DNA from: Basidiobolus meristosporus CBS 931.73
Taxonomy: Eukaryota > Fungi > Basidiobolomycota
Reading direction: 5' to 3'
Length of the DNA: 64,000 bases
NCBI GenBank assembly: GCA_002104905.1
Contig: MCFE01000283.1
Coordinates: forward strand, 39,449 to 103,448
The position numbers and the translations under genes are program-made. The notes beneath the pieces are model-generated. The model saw only the letters and a program-made list of their open reading frames with translations, ran no database searches and was not told the origin of the DNA. Each line of letters opens with the position of its first letter. Within the stretch, counting starts at the first letter, position 1. Of this stretch, positions 24,121 through 34,774 are shown piece by piece.

Positions 24121-25146
24121 ATGAGCAGCACTTACCTGAAAGCCCTACTGTTGATGGGAGAGGTTTCTAGCCGTGAAGAAGGATTCAAAATACTTGCTTT
24201 AGTGTGTAGCACACTCCAGCAGCTGGGAATTTGCCAATTACATCTTCAGAATGGCATTTTAAATGCTTCGTGGCACGGGGGAGAATATCAAGAGGAAGAT
24301 GTGGCTGTCGGGGGGATACAGATAGGTGACTTGCTACCCACGGAAGGGGCTTTGCCAGACGCACCACCACACTCTGCAATGGATCCAGAGCACAATAATG
24401 ATGCGCAAGGAGACCAACCAGCTGATGATGCGGTTGTCAGCCGACTGGTGGGCGGCGAGGATATATCCCAAAATCCTGGCACCAGTGAAAACAATGTCTT
24501 GACCTTTATTGAAGATATATGTAAGGCTGCTGTTGAGGCTACAACGGGTGTGATGTCTTCTGAGTCACTCACTGCTCAAGAGAATCCAAGTCCGCTCTAC
24601 ACAGTGAACAACGCTGAAGAAATGTTACAAGAAATGGTCAACTTGCAAGAGGCAATCAGCAACCTGGACTTGCTGCTGCCGGGACCAAAGCAAAGTGCCA
24701 ACTTGAAATACTATTCGTTATATGAGTACTTCAGTATGTTTGCAAGACAACAGCTTAGAAGCAACAGTACACGCCATTTGACTAACCCCATTGCTGTGAA
24801 CAAACATATATTGCGAGCACTGAGACGTAAGATGAGAGAGCAGAGCCCTGAGTTTAACTATCATCGCTTTAAGAGGATATTGGATCGAGCTGGCCCTTTA
24901 TTCATGCTAACAAACTTTTTGGGGCCTGAGATCCTCAACTACGAGCAGGTGTTTACGGCAAACCGTCTAGCCAATCTGAAAGCGAAGGGACTTCGATCGG
25001 TATATTCATTTTTTATTGGAAATCCTAATTTCCGCAACATGTTCGCCGATCCAACCAAGGAAAGCATGTATGATCTATTTAGTGCCGAACTCCTATTTGA
25101 TTCATTTAAAAGCAAATATTGGACAATGCCATCAGCTAATGAATAA
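24121..25146 (+). CDS. Orphan 341-aa protein (acidic disordered N-half, basic helical C-half), function unknown
   Basis: Intact ATG-TAA ORF retaining many CpGs, with TATA-like GATATATAC ~45 nt upstream. No signal peptide. Confidence 0.7.
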   Translation: MSSTYLKALLLMGEVSSREEGFKILALVCSTLQQLGICQLHLQNGILNASWHGGEYQEEDVAVGGIQIGDLLPTEGALPDAPPHSAMDPEHNNDAQGDQPADDAVVSRLVGGEDISQNPGTSENNVLTFIEDICKAAVEATTGVMSSESLTAQENPSPLYTVNNAEEMLQEMVNLQEAISNLDLLLPGPKQSANLKYYSLYEYFSMFARQQLRSNSTRHLTNPIAVNKHILRALRRKMREQSPEFNYHRFKRILDRAGPLFMLTNFLGPEILNYEQVFTANRLANLKAKGLRSVYSFFIGNPNFRNMFADPTKESMYDLFSAELLFDSFKSKYWTMPSANE

Positions 25147-25229
25147 ATGTTGTTGTGAACCGTTGCTCCTTTCAAAGAAAATGCTGTAGTGAATCACTGC
25201 TCTTTTCACAGAAAATAGCAAATAATATG

Positions 25230-25600
25230 GGTAATTAAGTGCAGTCGTCGGTACATTCAGTGTCACTACAGGATAAGTATACTTCGAGTCCTGATTAGCA
25301 CAATCATCGCCACATAGGATAAGGGCTCCCTTCAACTTCCGGTGTGGAGTAGATCTCCTCTTGTGCGGGCTGAATCATAATAATGGGGTAATCAGAGTGT
25401 TCAGCCCCCTTCAGTTTGGCGTACTCAGATGCACTGGCTGAACCTTCTACTTCGAGGTTGGGCCTGCTTGAAGTTAACACTAAGACTTTTGTCACTAATG
25501 GTGCTAATAGTGTTCAGATAGCCATGCTTTCTGGTCACGGTGGTGAACACTTGACGCAACGTTGGTACTTGGTCAAAGACAGAACCCTAAATATAGCTCA
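25230..25600 (-). pseudogene. Family A' remnant (unit 0)
   Basis: Translates to pieces such as RPNLEVEGSASASEYAKLKGAEHSDYPIIMIQPAQEEIYSTP. No intact start. Confidence 0.8.
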
Positions 25601-26055
25601 GTATACTATCGAATGATGGCAGTAAAGATATTAATTCATCCGTAATCCCACAAAGTAACTACAGGCTTCTTTATCACGAGAGTAGCTTAGCATTCTACGG
25701 CAATGGAATTAAGAACTACGTAAGAACGACGCCATTCCTGTGTGCTCACCTCAAGCCATAGTATGAATCATTGTGGTTTATCTCTTCACAACCGCAAATG
25801 CCATTCCAAAGTGGAATTGAAGAGAAATGTTTATTTACTTTTCTTCATGTACTGAAGTGATTGGTCGCCTGGATTACGGTGTTAATCAACACCTATTCAC
25901 TGATCATTGCAATGAAAGTGAAACGCTGATTAACTTTACTCACCTTTGCTGCATAGTTTAGTAAACTGGGTTTGGTTGCTGATGATCGCTGATGAATCTA
26001 GCAAAGCATACATAAAAGCAACTGTTTGCCTTCCAGTGTGTCATCAAGAGCCAAC

Positions 26056-26457
26056 ATGCAACGCACTTTACGCATTCTATCCGCCTTTGTATTCCTATTC
26101 GGTGTATCTTATGCATCGCCCATTGCAACGTATGACAACCAGCAAGTAGACCAGGATCCGTGGACTTCGACAGTGAACCATTAATGCCATATACACTCAA
26201 CATACTATCAACTAGAGTCTCCAGACGCCTATCCATTGTTGGACAACGCTCAGACTAATTCTGCACAGAATGCTGAGGCACTTTCCAACCAGAATCAATA
26301 TGAGCAAGTGCAGCAAGTAGATCAGACATTGTACCAACCATCTGCGTCGACATATGCGCCATCATTTACTCCCGATGAGGATGACACTCAAGACTCGAGT
26401 GACGACGACAATCAGCCATCGTGTAAACGTAGACGTGGATACAGAGGCGGCTTTTGA
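26056..26457 (+). pseudogene. Family C copy 1, two compensating frameshifts with an internal TAA (or assembly error)
   Basis: MQRTLRILSAFVFLFGVSYASP... start. Small deletions at ~26150-26175 relative to the other copies. Frame restored by ~26200. Confidence 0.8.
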
Positions 26458-27050
26458 TGAAATCGGATCGTGTAAACACTAGTTTGGCATTCATAATAAT
26501 CCTATCAAATAATTGCTATTTCTGCAAGCTATCAAACGCACATTTCTTCTGCAAGCAAGATTATACCAACTGACATCAGGAAGAAATAGCGGAGACGTGA
26601 CCACAGGGATGAGTGGAATGAGGATCAACAGAAACAATCAAGTATAGATAGGAATACGCAGCACTCTTCTGTCAGCCATATATGTTCAGAGCATCATGAT
26701 AGAGAACAATAATGAACATTCAATAGGTACCAGCATTCTGGTAACGACTCCTCACATGATAGTGTGAATCATTTTGGTTTCTATAAATGGTTAAATTACT
26801 AAAATGGAATGTGGTGAGTAGTTGTGGTGAGCAACAGATGGATGATGATATAAGCAATGTAGATCGATGGCACATAGGTTCAATTGGCTGTGCATTGTTT
26901 TTATCCTAATTTTTGTCCTTTGATGATTGGCCACATAGAATAGCTATCAACATAGGATTAGCTTCACTCAACTGAGCTTCGATTGCTGATGATCGTTGAT
27001 AAATCTTGTCCATCAAACATAAAGCAACTGTTTACATTACAGTGTGTAAC

Positions 27051-27408
27051 ATGCAACGTAATTTCCGCATCTTATCCACCTTAGTATTCCTATTCGGTGT
27101 ATCCTGTGCATCGCCCATTGCTACATATGGTAGCCAACAAGTAGACCTAGGTGTCCCGGTGGACTATGGGGACTGAACCATCGATGCCATATGCACCGAC
27201 TGACTACCAGCTGGAGTCCCCAGTCACCTATCCCTTGTTGGTCAATGTTCAAACTGATTCCGCACTAAATGCTCAGGCACTTTCCAACCATCTACGTCAA
27301 CATATGTGCAATCATTTACCCCAGGCGAGGATGAGATCCAAGACTCAAGTGACGACGACGATCAGCCATCGTGTACACCGTAGTGGTAGATACAGAGACA
27401 GCTATTGA
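27051..27408 (+). pseudogene. Family C' (core-deleted paralog), unit 0
   Basis: MQRNFRILSTLVFLFGVSCASP start, extra G at ~27168, 49-nt deletion at 27284-27290, ends RYRDSY*. Confidence 0.8.
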
Positions 27409-28071
27409 TAAGAATAGGTTTAATACCATTGTGATCCCAGTATAATAAATAAGAAAATGTATTGTAAAATCGACATCACTCTAGTTTCCCTATTGATGTA
27501 AGCTATCAAATGCACGCAATTCTTCCGCGAACCAGTTTCTGACAATAAACACCAGGAAAAAGCCACAAAAGAGACATGACCAAAGGGATGGGTGGAACAA
27601 CGGCGAGTATCGGCAGAGATTGAGGTAAGGGAAAGAGCCGAACAAGCACCAATTTTCAAAATTACAATAAGAATGCATATTAGTTATGTGCTGGTAATGG
27701 TAGTGAGCAATAGTTAGGATTTCGTATTTTATCGCTCTGCTGGTGTTCATTGCTAAATTCACTCGGGAACATATAGCATGGGAACCATTATCACATGGTT
27801 ACAACATTGATGGTAGCAATAGTTCATTAACTTTGATGAACTCACACTTTATCAGATTGAAAAGCAGCATTCGCTCTACCATCATCGGCTCAATCGCATT
27901 GATATCGCGTAGTTTATATGGTTACAGCACGATAAATACACTGATAAATACACCAATGTATACCTAATATATACACATATGCTTTTGATATTTCAGCTGT
28001 AGTGTGGTAATTCACGGATTACGGCTGATGATGTTTCATATTAATATTAGGTAGCCTAATGATATATTTAT

Positions 28072-28447
28072 TTAATCAATGTATCGATTCCCACTGAAAT
28101 ATCTGATCTTGAAGTACTTATATGCAGACCTCTTGTACTTCTTCTGGCCTCCACCGTAGCCACGGGTGGCTGGCTGAGTGATGATGATCTGGGGCTGTTG
28201 CTGCTTAGGCTGATAGAGGGTTTGGTTGATAACCTGCGCTTGGTCAAACTGATTAGAGTTCGACAGGGCATCAGCATCACTGAACGAGTGAACGTTCACT
28301 CTGTCCAACAATGCCTTTCTGGGTTGCATGTCGGCTACATTGAAGTTTGGCATGTTGTAGGATGACTCTGGCTGAGTTGAAGTGTCATCCATTGAGTCCT
28401 CACCTTCGCCCTCATTCTCATCCATATAGTGATCACCCTCGTCCTGT
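28072..28447 (-). pseudogene. Family B, 5'-truncated (signal peptide lost)
   Basis: The C-terminal 117 codons are intact. Upstream it is joined at ~28447 to the C-promoter region. Confidence 0.85.
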
Positions 28448-28715
28448 CATACCAAAGTGGTATAGCACGCCCAGAATTGAAGAGAAATGTTGATTTATTT
28501 TTCTTGATGTGCTGAAGTGATTGGTCGCTTGAATTACGGTGTTAATCAACTCTTACTCACTGATCATTGCAATGAAAGTGAAATGCTGATTAACTTTACT
28601 CACCTTTGCTTCATAATTTAGTAAACTGGGTTTGGTTGCTGATGATCGTTGATGGATCTAGCAAACCATACATAAAAGCAACTGTTTGCCTTCCAGTGTG
28701 TCATCAAGAGCCAAC

Positions 28716-29150
28716 ATGCAACGCACTTTCCACATTCTATCCGTTTTAGTATTCCTATTCGGTGCATCTTATGCATCGCCCATTGCAACGTATGACAACC
28801 AGCAAGTAGATCAGGGCATCCCGGTGGATTTTGGTGACAATGCCGACAATGATCCATTGATGTCATACACACCAACATACTATCAACTAGAGTCTCCAGA
28901 CACCTATCCATTGTTGGACAACGCTCAGACTAATTCTGCACAGAACGCTGAGGCACTTTCCAACCAGAATCAATTTGAGCAAGTGCAGCAAGTAGATCAG
29001 ACATTGTACCAACCATCTGCACCGACATATGTGCAATCAAATACTCCCGACGAGGATGACACTGAAGACTCGAGTGACGACGACAATCAGCCATCGTGCA
29101 AACGTTGTCAACGACGCTACCGTAGACGTGGATACAGAGGCAGCTCTTGA
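28716..29150 (+). CDS. Family C secreted protein, 144 aa
   Basis: Signal peptide MQRTFHILSVLVFLFGASYA, core ALSNQNQFEQVQQVDQTLYQP, acidic block DEDDTEDSSDDD, tail CKRCQRRYRRRGYRGSS. The true ATG is 30 nt downstream of the ORF-track TTG. Confidence 0.85.
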   Translation: MQRTFHILSVLVFLFGASYASPIATYDNQQVDQGIPVDFGDNADNDPLMSYTPTYYQLESPDTYPLLDNAQTNSAQNAEALSNQNQFEQVQQVDQTLYQPSAPTYVQSNTPDEDDTEDSSDDDNQPSCKRCQRRYRRRGYRGSS

Positions 29151-29636
29151 TTCAATCAGATCATGTAAACACTAGTTTGGCATTCATAATAAATCCCATC
29201 ATATAATCGCTATTTCTGCAAGCTATAAAACACACACATTTCTTCTGCAAACAAGATTATAACAACTGATATCCGGAAGAAACAGCGGAGACGTGACCAC
29301 TGGGATGAGTGGAATGAGCATCATGAACATTCTGGCAATGAACCCTTAAACAATAGTGTGAATCATTTTGGTTTTGTACCCTCCAATTTGCGAGCAATAT
29401 TGAACAAACTACTAAAATGAAATAGTGGTGAGCAATCGTGGATAGCAATAAATGGATGATGGTATAGCTAATGAAATACGTAGATCGATGATACATGAGT
29501 TAAATTGGCTGTGGATTGTTTTTATTGATGATTGGCCACCTAGAATAGCTATCAACTTAGCTGAGCTTCGGCCGCTGATGATTGTTGATAAAACAAAAGC
29601 AACTTTTTGTATTCCAGTGTGTAACTAAGTGCCAAT

Positions 29637-29950
29637 ATGCAACGTAATTTCCGCATTTTATTCACCTTGGTATTCCTATTTGGTGTATCCTGTGCATCGC
29701 CTATTGTTACATATGGCAACCAATAAGTAGACCAGGGTGTCCAAGTGGACTATGAGACTGAACCATCGATTCCATATGCACCGACAGATTGTCAGCTAGA
29801 GTTCCCAGTCACCTATCGTTGTTGGACAATGTTTAAACTAACTCCGCACAGAATGCTCAGGCACTTTCCAACCATCTACGTCGACATATGTGTAACCATT
29901 TACTCCCGACGAGGATGAAGACCAAGACTTGAGTGACGATGACGGTCAGC
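29637..29950 (+). pseudogene. Family C' pseudogene, unit 1
   Basis: Premature TAA after NQ, the same 49-nt core deletion, 3' end deleted. Confidence 0.8.
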
Positions 29951-30262
29951 CACACTCTAGGATGTCCGATCTCCATATTGACTAAGCCCTTGTTGAGCTT
30001 ATTAAATGAGCCACCCACTACCTCCAAGCAGGACTTAAAGACGTGCATAGCCGAGCTTTACCAGTTTCTTACCCCTCTCCTGAATTGGTGGCTGGACTTC
30101 GGGTCATCAGAGGGAAGTATGGAGATTGGCGTGGTGTTGAGTTTGTCAAACGCTCTTGTTCCCATATTTCGTAATGGCTATATCTCTGCAATCACATATG
30201 AGACGAAAAATAAAATGAATAATGTAACTTTATTGGATTTGGACTTAAGTGCAGTCTTTGGT

Positions 30263-30841
30263 TCATTGAGTGTCTTCCATGGGCTCAGTATACTGTGAGT
30301 TCTGATTAGCACAGTCATCGACACATTGAACATCCTCCATGGGCTCAGTGTACTGTGCATCTTGGTTAGAGCATCCTTCAGCGCATTGGGTGTCCACTAC
30401 TGGTGTGGAGTATGTCTCATCTTGTGCTGGCTGAATTATAACAGTGGGGTAATTGGTGCCATCTTCTGAGTGTTCAGCATCCTTCTGTTTGGCGTACTCG
30501 GATGCGCTGGCTGAGCCTTCTACTTCGAGACTAGGGCCTGCTTGAAACTGAACATCGAGACTCTTGTCACTGTTGGCGTTGGCAGTGTTCAGATTGTCAT
30601 GCTTTCTGGTCACGGTGGTGAACACCTGACGCAACAATGGCACTTGGACGTTTGGCGTTTCAACAGTGGGCTGAACCTGGACTTGCTGGTAGCAGTTGCT
30701 TGCTTGGTCTGAGCATGAATACCTGCGATAACGGACTCTTCTATGCTCACGGTTGCATGATTCGGAGCATGGGACTGGAGCAGCAACGGCGGCTTGAAGA
30801 GAGGCAAGGCCCAAAATCAATGATACAATGAATGCACGCAT
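30263..30841 (-). CDS. Family A secreted protein, 192 aa
   Basis: Signal peptide MRAFIVSLILGLASLQAAVA, Cys/Arg N-terminal block, conserved core, two 20-aa C-terminal repeats QCxxxCxxQxxQYTEPMEDx. Confidence 0.85.
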   Translation of the reverse strand: MRAFIVSLILGLASLQAAVAAPVPCSESCNREHRRVRYRRYSCSDQASNCYQQVQVQPTVETPNVQVPLLRQVFTTVTRKHDNLNTANANSDKSLDVQFQAGPSLEVEGSASASEYAKQKDAEHSEDGTNYPTVIIQPAQDETYSTPVVDTQCAEGCSNQDAQYTEPMEDVQCVDDCANQNSQYTEPMEDTQ

Positions 30842-30882
30842 CTTTGAGAACTACTGAGTTCATTGCCAAGTACACTCGGGAA

Positions 30883-30896
30883 TATATAGCATGGGA
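30883..30896 (-). promoter_or_regulatory. Family A core promoter TCCCATGCTATATA (TATA element)
   Basis: Identical 14-mer starting 42 nt from the ATG in all five intact A genes (30883, 35395, 38450, 42700, 54368). Confidence 0.7.
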
Positions 30897-31176
30897 ACCA
30901 GTATAACATGGTTACAACGTTGATGGTAGCAATAGTTAGTTAACTTGGATGAACTCACACTTTGTCAGATTGAAAATTAGCATTCGCTCTACCATCATCG
31001 GCTCAATCGCATTGATATCGCGTAGATTATATGGTTACAGCACGATAAATACACTGATAAATACACCAATATATACGCATATGCTTTTGACAAAATTTCA
31101 GCTTTGGTGTGGTAATTCACGAAGCACGGCTGATGATGTTTCATATTAATATAAGGTGGCCAAATGAAATGTTTAT

Positions 31177-31731
31177 TTAATCAATGTATCGATTCCCACT
31201 GAAATATCTGATCTTGAAGAACTTATGTGCCGACCTCTTGTACTTCTTCTGGCCTCCACCATAGCCACGGGTGACTGGCTGAGTGATAATGATCCGGGGC
31301 TGTTGCTGCTTAGGCTGATAGAGGGTTTGGTCGATAACCTGCGCTTGGTCAAACTGATTAGAGTTCGACAGAGCATCAGCATCACTGGATGAGTGAGCGT
31401 TCACTCTGTCCAACAAGGCCTGTCTTGGTTGCATATCGGCTATATTGAAGTTGGGCATGTTGTAGGATGACTCTGGCTGAGTTGTAGTGCCATCCATTGA
31501 GTCCGCACCTTCGCCTTCATCTTCGCCCTCATTCTCATCCATATAGCTATCACCCTCATCCTGTTCCGGCTGATAGTCATATGCAGGCGATTGAGTTTCT
31601 TGGTAGCAAGGACTTATTTGCTCCCCGCACAAGTTGTTCTCGTTGCTAACCTGAGAAGAGGTATCTTCTGTGGCGGGTAATGCATGGATAGATGCAAAGT
31701 GCAGAGCGAACAAAGCGAGAGTAAGCTGCAT
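31177..31731 (-). CDS. Family B secreted protein, 184 aa
   Basis: Signal peptide MQLTLALFALHFASIHA, CGEQISPC, long D/E block, core ALSNSNQFDQAQVIDQTLYQP, tail KKYKRSAHKFFKIRYFSGNRYID. TATAAA 36 nt upstream. Confidence 0.85.
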   Translation of the reverse strand: MQLTLALFALHFASIHALPATEDTSSQVSNENNLCGEQISPCYQETQSPAYDYQPEQDEGDSYMDENEGEDEGEGADSMDGTTTQPESSYNMPNFNIADMQPRQALLDRVNAHSSSDADALSNSNQFDQAQVIDQTLYQPKQQQPRIIITQPVTRGYGGGQKKYKRSAHKFFKIRYFSGNRYID

Positions 31732-31909
31732 TTTGATGAATAGCGTAAAACTAGTCGTAAGCTCACTTTATAGTGGTATTTGGCGTAGTCTATTATACTG
31801 CATCCTATATCTGACTCACTTGAAGCCATGAATTCACATGCCATGTCCAGCCGTGGTTGACTTTCCACTAAGTACTTGTGAAGATATGGGCTCATATGGA
31901 TAATCGAGA

Positions 31910-32075
31910 TTTATTGAATTAAGTGCAGTTATCGGTACATTAAGTGTCCTCCATAAAGTCTGCAGTCGGTGAGTCCTGCTAAGCACAATCATTACAACAC
32001 TGAGCATATTCCGTGGGCTCAGTGTATTGAAGCAGCAACGACGGCCAAAAGAAAAAGTAGCTACGTCATTGAGCA
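31910..32075 (-). pseudogene. Family A' remnant (unit 2), internally deleted
   Basis: The 3' repeat region is joined directly to signal-peptide-like sequence. Confidence 0.65.
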
Positions 32076-32783
32076 TTTGGAAAGCCATATGTTAATAGTC
32101 GCAGTGATAAATTCACATTAATACCCTAAGCAACCACTATTCCTATGAATCTACAATTTGAAATCAACGCAAATCTAGGTTCATGTATCGACTTGAAGTT
32201 CATCTGCGGCGTTAGAGATCCCTTGGATAGAGGCGCTGTATCATCTTGTGGTGGTTGATGCAATGCTTGATGCTAAATCGTTAATCTAGCTCAGTATGCT
32301 ACCGAATGATGACTGGTAAAATATGAATTCATTCATAATCCCATAATACGCATTAAAATAGCTACAGGTCGCTATATAACCCGAGCAGGTTACAATTCTA
32401 CGACTATGAAATCAAGAACTACGTAAGAACGAAGCCATTCCTGTGTGCTCACCTCAAGCCATAGCTTGAAAAGGCGTAGTATGAGTCATTTTGGTTTGTC
32501 TCTTCACAACTGCTAATGTCATTCCCAAATCGTGCGGCAGCGCAGAATTGAAGAATGTTTATTTATTTTTCTTCATGTACTGAAGTGATTGGTCGCCGGA
32601 ATTACGGTGTTAATCAGCACCTATTCACTGATCATTACAATGAAAGTGAAATGCTGATTAACTTTACTCACCTTTGCTTCATAATTTAGTAAGCTGGGTT
32701 TGGTAGCTGATGATCGCTGATGAATCTAGCAAACCATACATAAAAGCAACTGTTTGCCTTCCACTGCGTCATCAAGAGCCAAC

Positions 32784-33236
32784 ATGCAACGCACTTTCCG
32801 CATTCTATCCGCCTCGGTATTCCTATTCGGTGTATCTTCTGCGTCGCCCATTACAACGTATGACAACCAGCAAATAGAACAGTATCCGTACTTCGACCAG
32901 GGTATCCAAGCGGACTTTGGTGGCAACACCGACAATGAACCGTCAATGTCATACACTCCAACATACTATCAACTAGAGTCCCCAAACGCCTATCCATTGC
33001 TAGACAACGCTCAGACGAATTCCGCACAGAACGCTCAGGCACTTTCCAACCAGAATCAGTACGACCAGGTGCAGCAAGTAGATCAGACATTGTACCAACC
33101 ATCTGCACCGACATATATGCAATCAATTACTCCCGACGAGGATGACACTGAAGACTCGAGTGACGACGACGATCAGCCATCGTGTAAACGTTGTCAACGA
33201 CGCTACCGTAGACGTGGATACAGCGGCCGCTTTTGA
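32784..33236 (+). CDS. Family C secreted protein, 150 aa (6-aa insertion IEQYPYF region)
   Basis: Intact ORF with the same architecture as 28716-29150. Tail CKRCQRRYRRRGYSGRF. Confidence 0.85.
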   Translation: MQRTFRILSASVFLFGVSSASPITTYDNQQIEQYPYFDQGIQADFGGNTDNEPSMSYTPTYYQLESPNAYPLLDNAQTNSAQNAQALSNQNQYDQVQQVDQTLYQPSAPTYMQSITPDEDDTEDSSDDDDQPSCKRCQRRYRRRGYSGRF

Positions 33237-33662
33237 TTCAATCGGGTCATGATAACACTAGTTTGGCATTCAAAATAAATCCTATAAAATAATCGCTACT
33301 TCTGTAAGCTATCCAACACACACATTACACCAACTGACATCAGAGGAGACGTGACCACAGGGATGTGTGGAATGAGCAATGCCTCCTCACATGAAACATT
33401 TTGGTTTAGTACCCTCCAATTTGCGAGCAATATTGAATAAACTAAAATGGAATAATGGCAAGCAGTCGTGGTGAGCAATAAATGGATGATGGTATAGGTA
33501 ATGAAATACGTAGATCGATGATACATAGGCTCAATTGGCTGTGGATTGTTTTTATTGATGATTGGCCGCATAGAATAGCTATCAACTGAGCTTCGGCTGC
33601 TGATGATTGTTGATAAAAACAAAAGCAACTTTTTGTATTCCAGTATGTAACTAAGTGCCAAT

Positions 33663-34025
33663 ATGCGACGTAATTTCCGAATTTTATCCACGCATTTTGT
33701 CCACATTGGTATTTCTATTCGGTGTATCCTATGCATTGCCCATTGCTACATATGGCAATCAATAAGTAAACCAGAGTGTCCAAGTGGACTATGAGACTGA
33801 ATAATCGATGCCATATGCGCCGGCAGGTTACCAGCTGGAGTCCCCGATCACCTATCCCTAGTTGAACAATGTTGAAACTAATTCCGTACAGAATGCTCGG
33901 GCACTTTCCAACCATCTACGTCGACATTTGTACAATCATTTACCCCAGACGAGGATGAAAACCAAGACTTGGGTAACCACGATGATCAGCCATCGTGTAG
34001 ACGTAGATACAGAGACTGCTATTGA
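33663..34025 (+). pseudogene. Family C' pseudogene, unit 2
   Basis: Frameshifted signal region and the same 49-nt core deletion. Confidence 0.8.
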
Positions 34026-34774
34026 TGAGAACAGGTTGTTGGTATTTCTACATTTTATTACTTACATGTAATCGATGTCACACCAGTTTCCCTATTTATG
34101 TAGACTATCAAGTACACACAATTATTGTGTAAATAAGCTTTCAAATATGAACACTGGAAAAAAAGATACATAAGAGATGTGCCCACAGGGATGGGTGGAA
34201 CAAGGGCGAGTATCAACAGAGATCGAAGTAAGGGAAAGAGCCGATCAAGCACCAATTTTCTCAATTACAATAAGAATCATTTGTCTGTAGTGCATATTAG
34301 TTATGTGCTGGTAATGGTAGTAAGCAATAGTTGGGCTTTGGTATTTTCTCACTCTGCTGGTACCAGTGAGTATAAGTCAAAAGCACCTGACTATTGGATT
34401 TGACACACACCGAATTCTCCTTATTTATCATGTATCCTACCCTCTATAATAGCGGACTCATGTTAGAACTTCTTGGAATGGTGATATGCTCAAGGAGACC
34501 CGATTTCCATATTGACTAAACCCACATAAAACCTATTGAATAAGCTACCCATGACCTTCAAGCAGTACTTCAAGACGTTTCTTACCCTTTTCCTGGATTG
34601 GTCACTGGACTTCGGGTTATCAGAGGGAAATGCGGAAATTGGCATGGTGTTGAGTTAGTAAAATACCCTTATTTTCTTGATGGTAACGGCTATATTTCTG
34701 CTATCCCATACGAGGCGAAAAATAACATGAATAATGAAATTTTATTGGATTTGGGCTCAAGTGCAGTCGTTGGT

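Noticed and set aside
28686-28715. Longer N-termini in the ORF track (MPSSVSSRAN- for C; MRLHQPV- for B at 55224)
   Set aside because: The C extension starts at TTG and would precede a clean signal peptide. For B, TATA spacing (36 nt) supports the ATG at 55203.
30263-30400. Family A C-terminal repeats as a KEP/dikaritin-type RiPP precursor
   Set aside because: Only two repeats, no KR/RR sites separating them, and no DUF3328-like or other tailoring gene in the window.
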